Positions 63,301-64,000 of a DNA stretch of 64,000 nt are shown here, piece by piece. Each line of letters starts with the position of its first letter. Position 1 is the first letter of the stretch. Position numbers and translations under genes: made by a program. Source of the stretch: Stegostoma tigrinum (Eukaryota). Location of the stretch: assembly GCF_030684315.1 (NCBI RefSeq), contig NC_081396.1, positions 1,922,001 through 1,986,000 on the forward strand. The letters run 5' to 3'. A model generated the notes under the pieces. That model saw only the letters and a program-made list of their open reading frames with translations, searched no databases and was not told the origin of the DNA.

Positions 63301-64000
63301 ACGACAAGATCCTTTTGCCCAACTTATATGTGTCAATTTTCAGCATACACCTATTCTAATTTCAGTTAGCATCATTTAGCCCATAGTGTTGAATATTCTG
63401 AAGTATAAATTTCTCATCTGAATAGTTCTTCCATTTTTTGAGGTTTACAGTGGAAGGCAACAATGATCCTTCAAACAATGTTAAGAACTGTAGCTGCTCA
63501 ATAGAGCATAAAATCCGCACTTTCCCCATTGAAGACAGTTCAACAAGCCCAAAGACTTTGAGTTGTTTCTTACTTCCCCTAGTATGTAGTTTAGTGCCTA
63601 CCTTCCAGAATTTCCGTGAGAAGCGCTTTGGACGTTTCATTTTAAATTCTGCCATTTACAGAAATGTCAATGTCTTGGCAGAAGAGAAATAGAAAGAAAC
63701 AAAATAGAAGAGAGTAGACTATATTGTTCCATGCACTTGAATAAGCACAGTGAAAATCTTGTAATGTCACTGCTGTGGTGCCATCTCAGGTAGAGGATAT
63801 CTCAGCACAGAAATGTAGATGTCTGTTTTAGAATTGAACATGTAAATAAAAGTCTTGCATAAGAATACGAAGTTTTACAAGGTACCCAAATTACACAAAG
63901 TCCAGAAAAAAGACCAAAAGCATTTTAAAACTTACTCAAATTATGGTCCTTTAGTTTGAGTCTGTGCCAGGCAAGCTTCAGAAATCGAGGCCTTGCAGCC
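57391..64000 (+). repeat. Tandem V-cassette copy C (runs off the window)
   Basis: Colinear with A 1-9360; lacks the first V pseudogene (junction ~57610) and A ~3910-6370 (junction ~61070). Confidence 0.88.
61070..62480 (+). mobile_element. Decayed Penelope-like element
   Basis: ORF 61402-61863 has PLE RT/thumb-like peptides; KIVYCNR; third copy of 6095-7835. Confidence 0.7.

Noticed and set aside
540-63692. Most short ORFs in the six-frame track
   Set aside because: Chance ORFs, or antisense/alternative frames of retroelements and V exons; no splice or domain support.
1-64000. Prokaryotic systems (CRISPR, operons), NARTCR cluster, D/J/C segments
   Set aside because: No spacer-repeat arrays or operon-like coding density; no NAR-type V, paired-RSS D, FGxG J or C1-set exon recognised.

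Overview
Eukaryotic, not microbial: part of a cartilaginous-fish (shark; probably a carpet/bamboo-type shark, inferred from the repeat content) T-cell receptor alpha/delta variable-gene array. The window holds three diverged head-to-tail copies of a multi-V cassette (A ~1-35375, B ~35376-57390, C ~57391 to the window end). Two V genes look intact, each with a leader exon, V exon and 23-RSS: 26080-26566 on the minus strand and 49176-50290 on the plus strand. About a dozen V pseudogenes or remnants lie in both orientations, including an IgH-like V remnant and an FR1-only 'mini-V' joined to a near-consensus RSS. No D, J or C segments were recognised. The rest is retroelement-derived: a near full-length CR1 LINE inside a V exon, a second CR1 nested in a Penelope-like element (PLE), several decayed PLEs, short palindromic PLE-derived inserts with target duplications and minimal hammerhead-ribozyme motifs, SINEs and one solo LTR. 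CTCF-like motifs sit just 3' of several V RSSs. All alignments were done by eye, so boundaries of decayed features are approximate.
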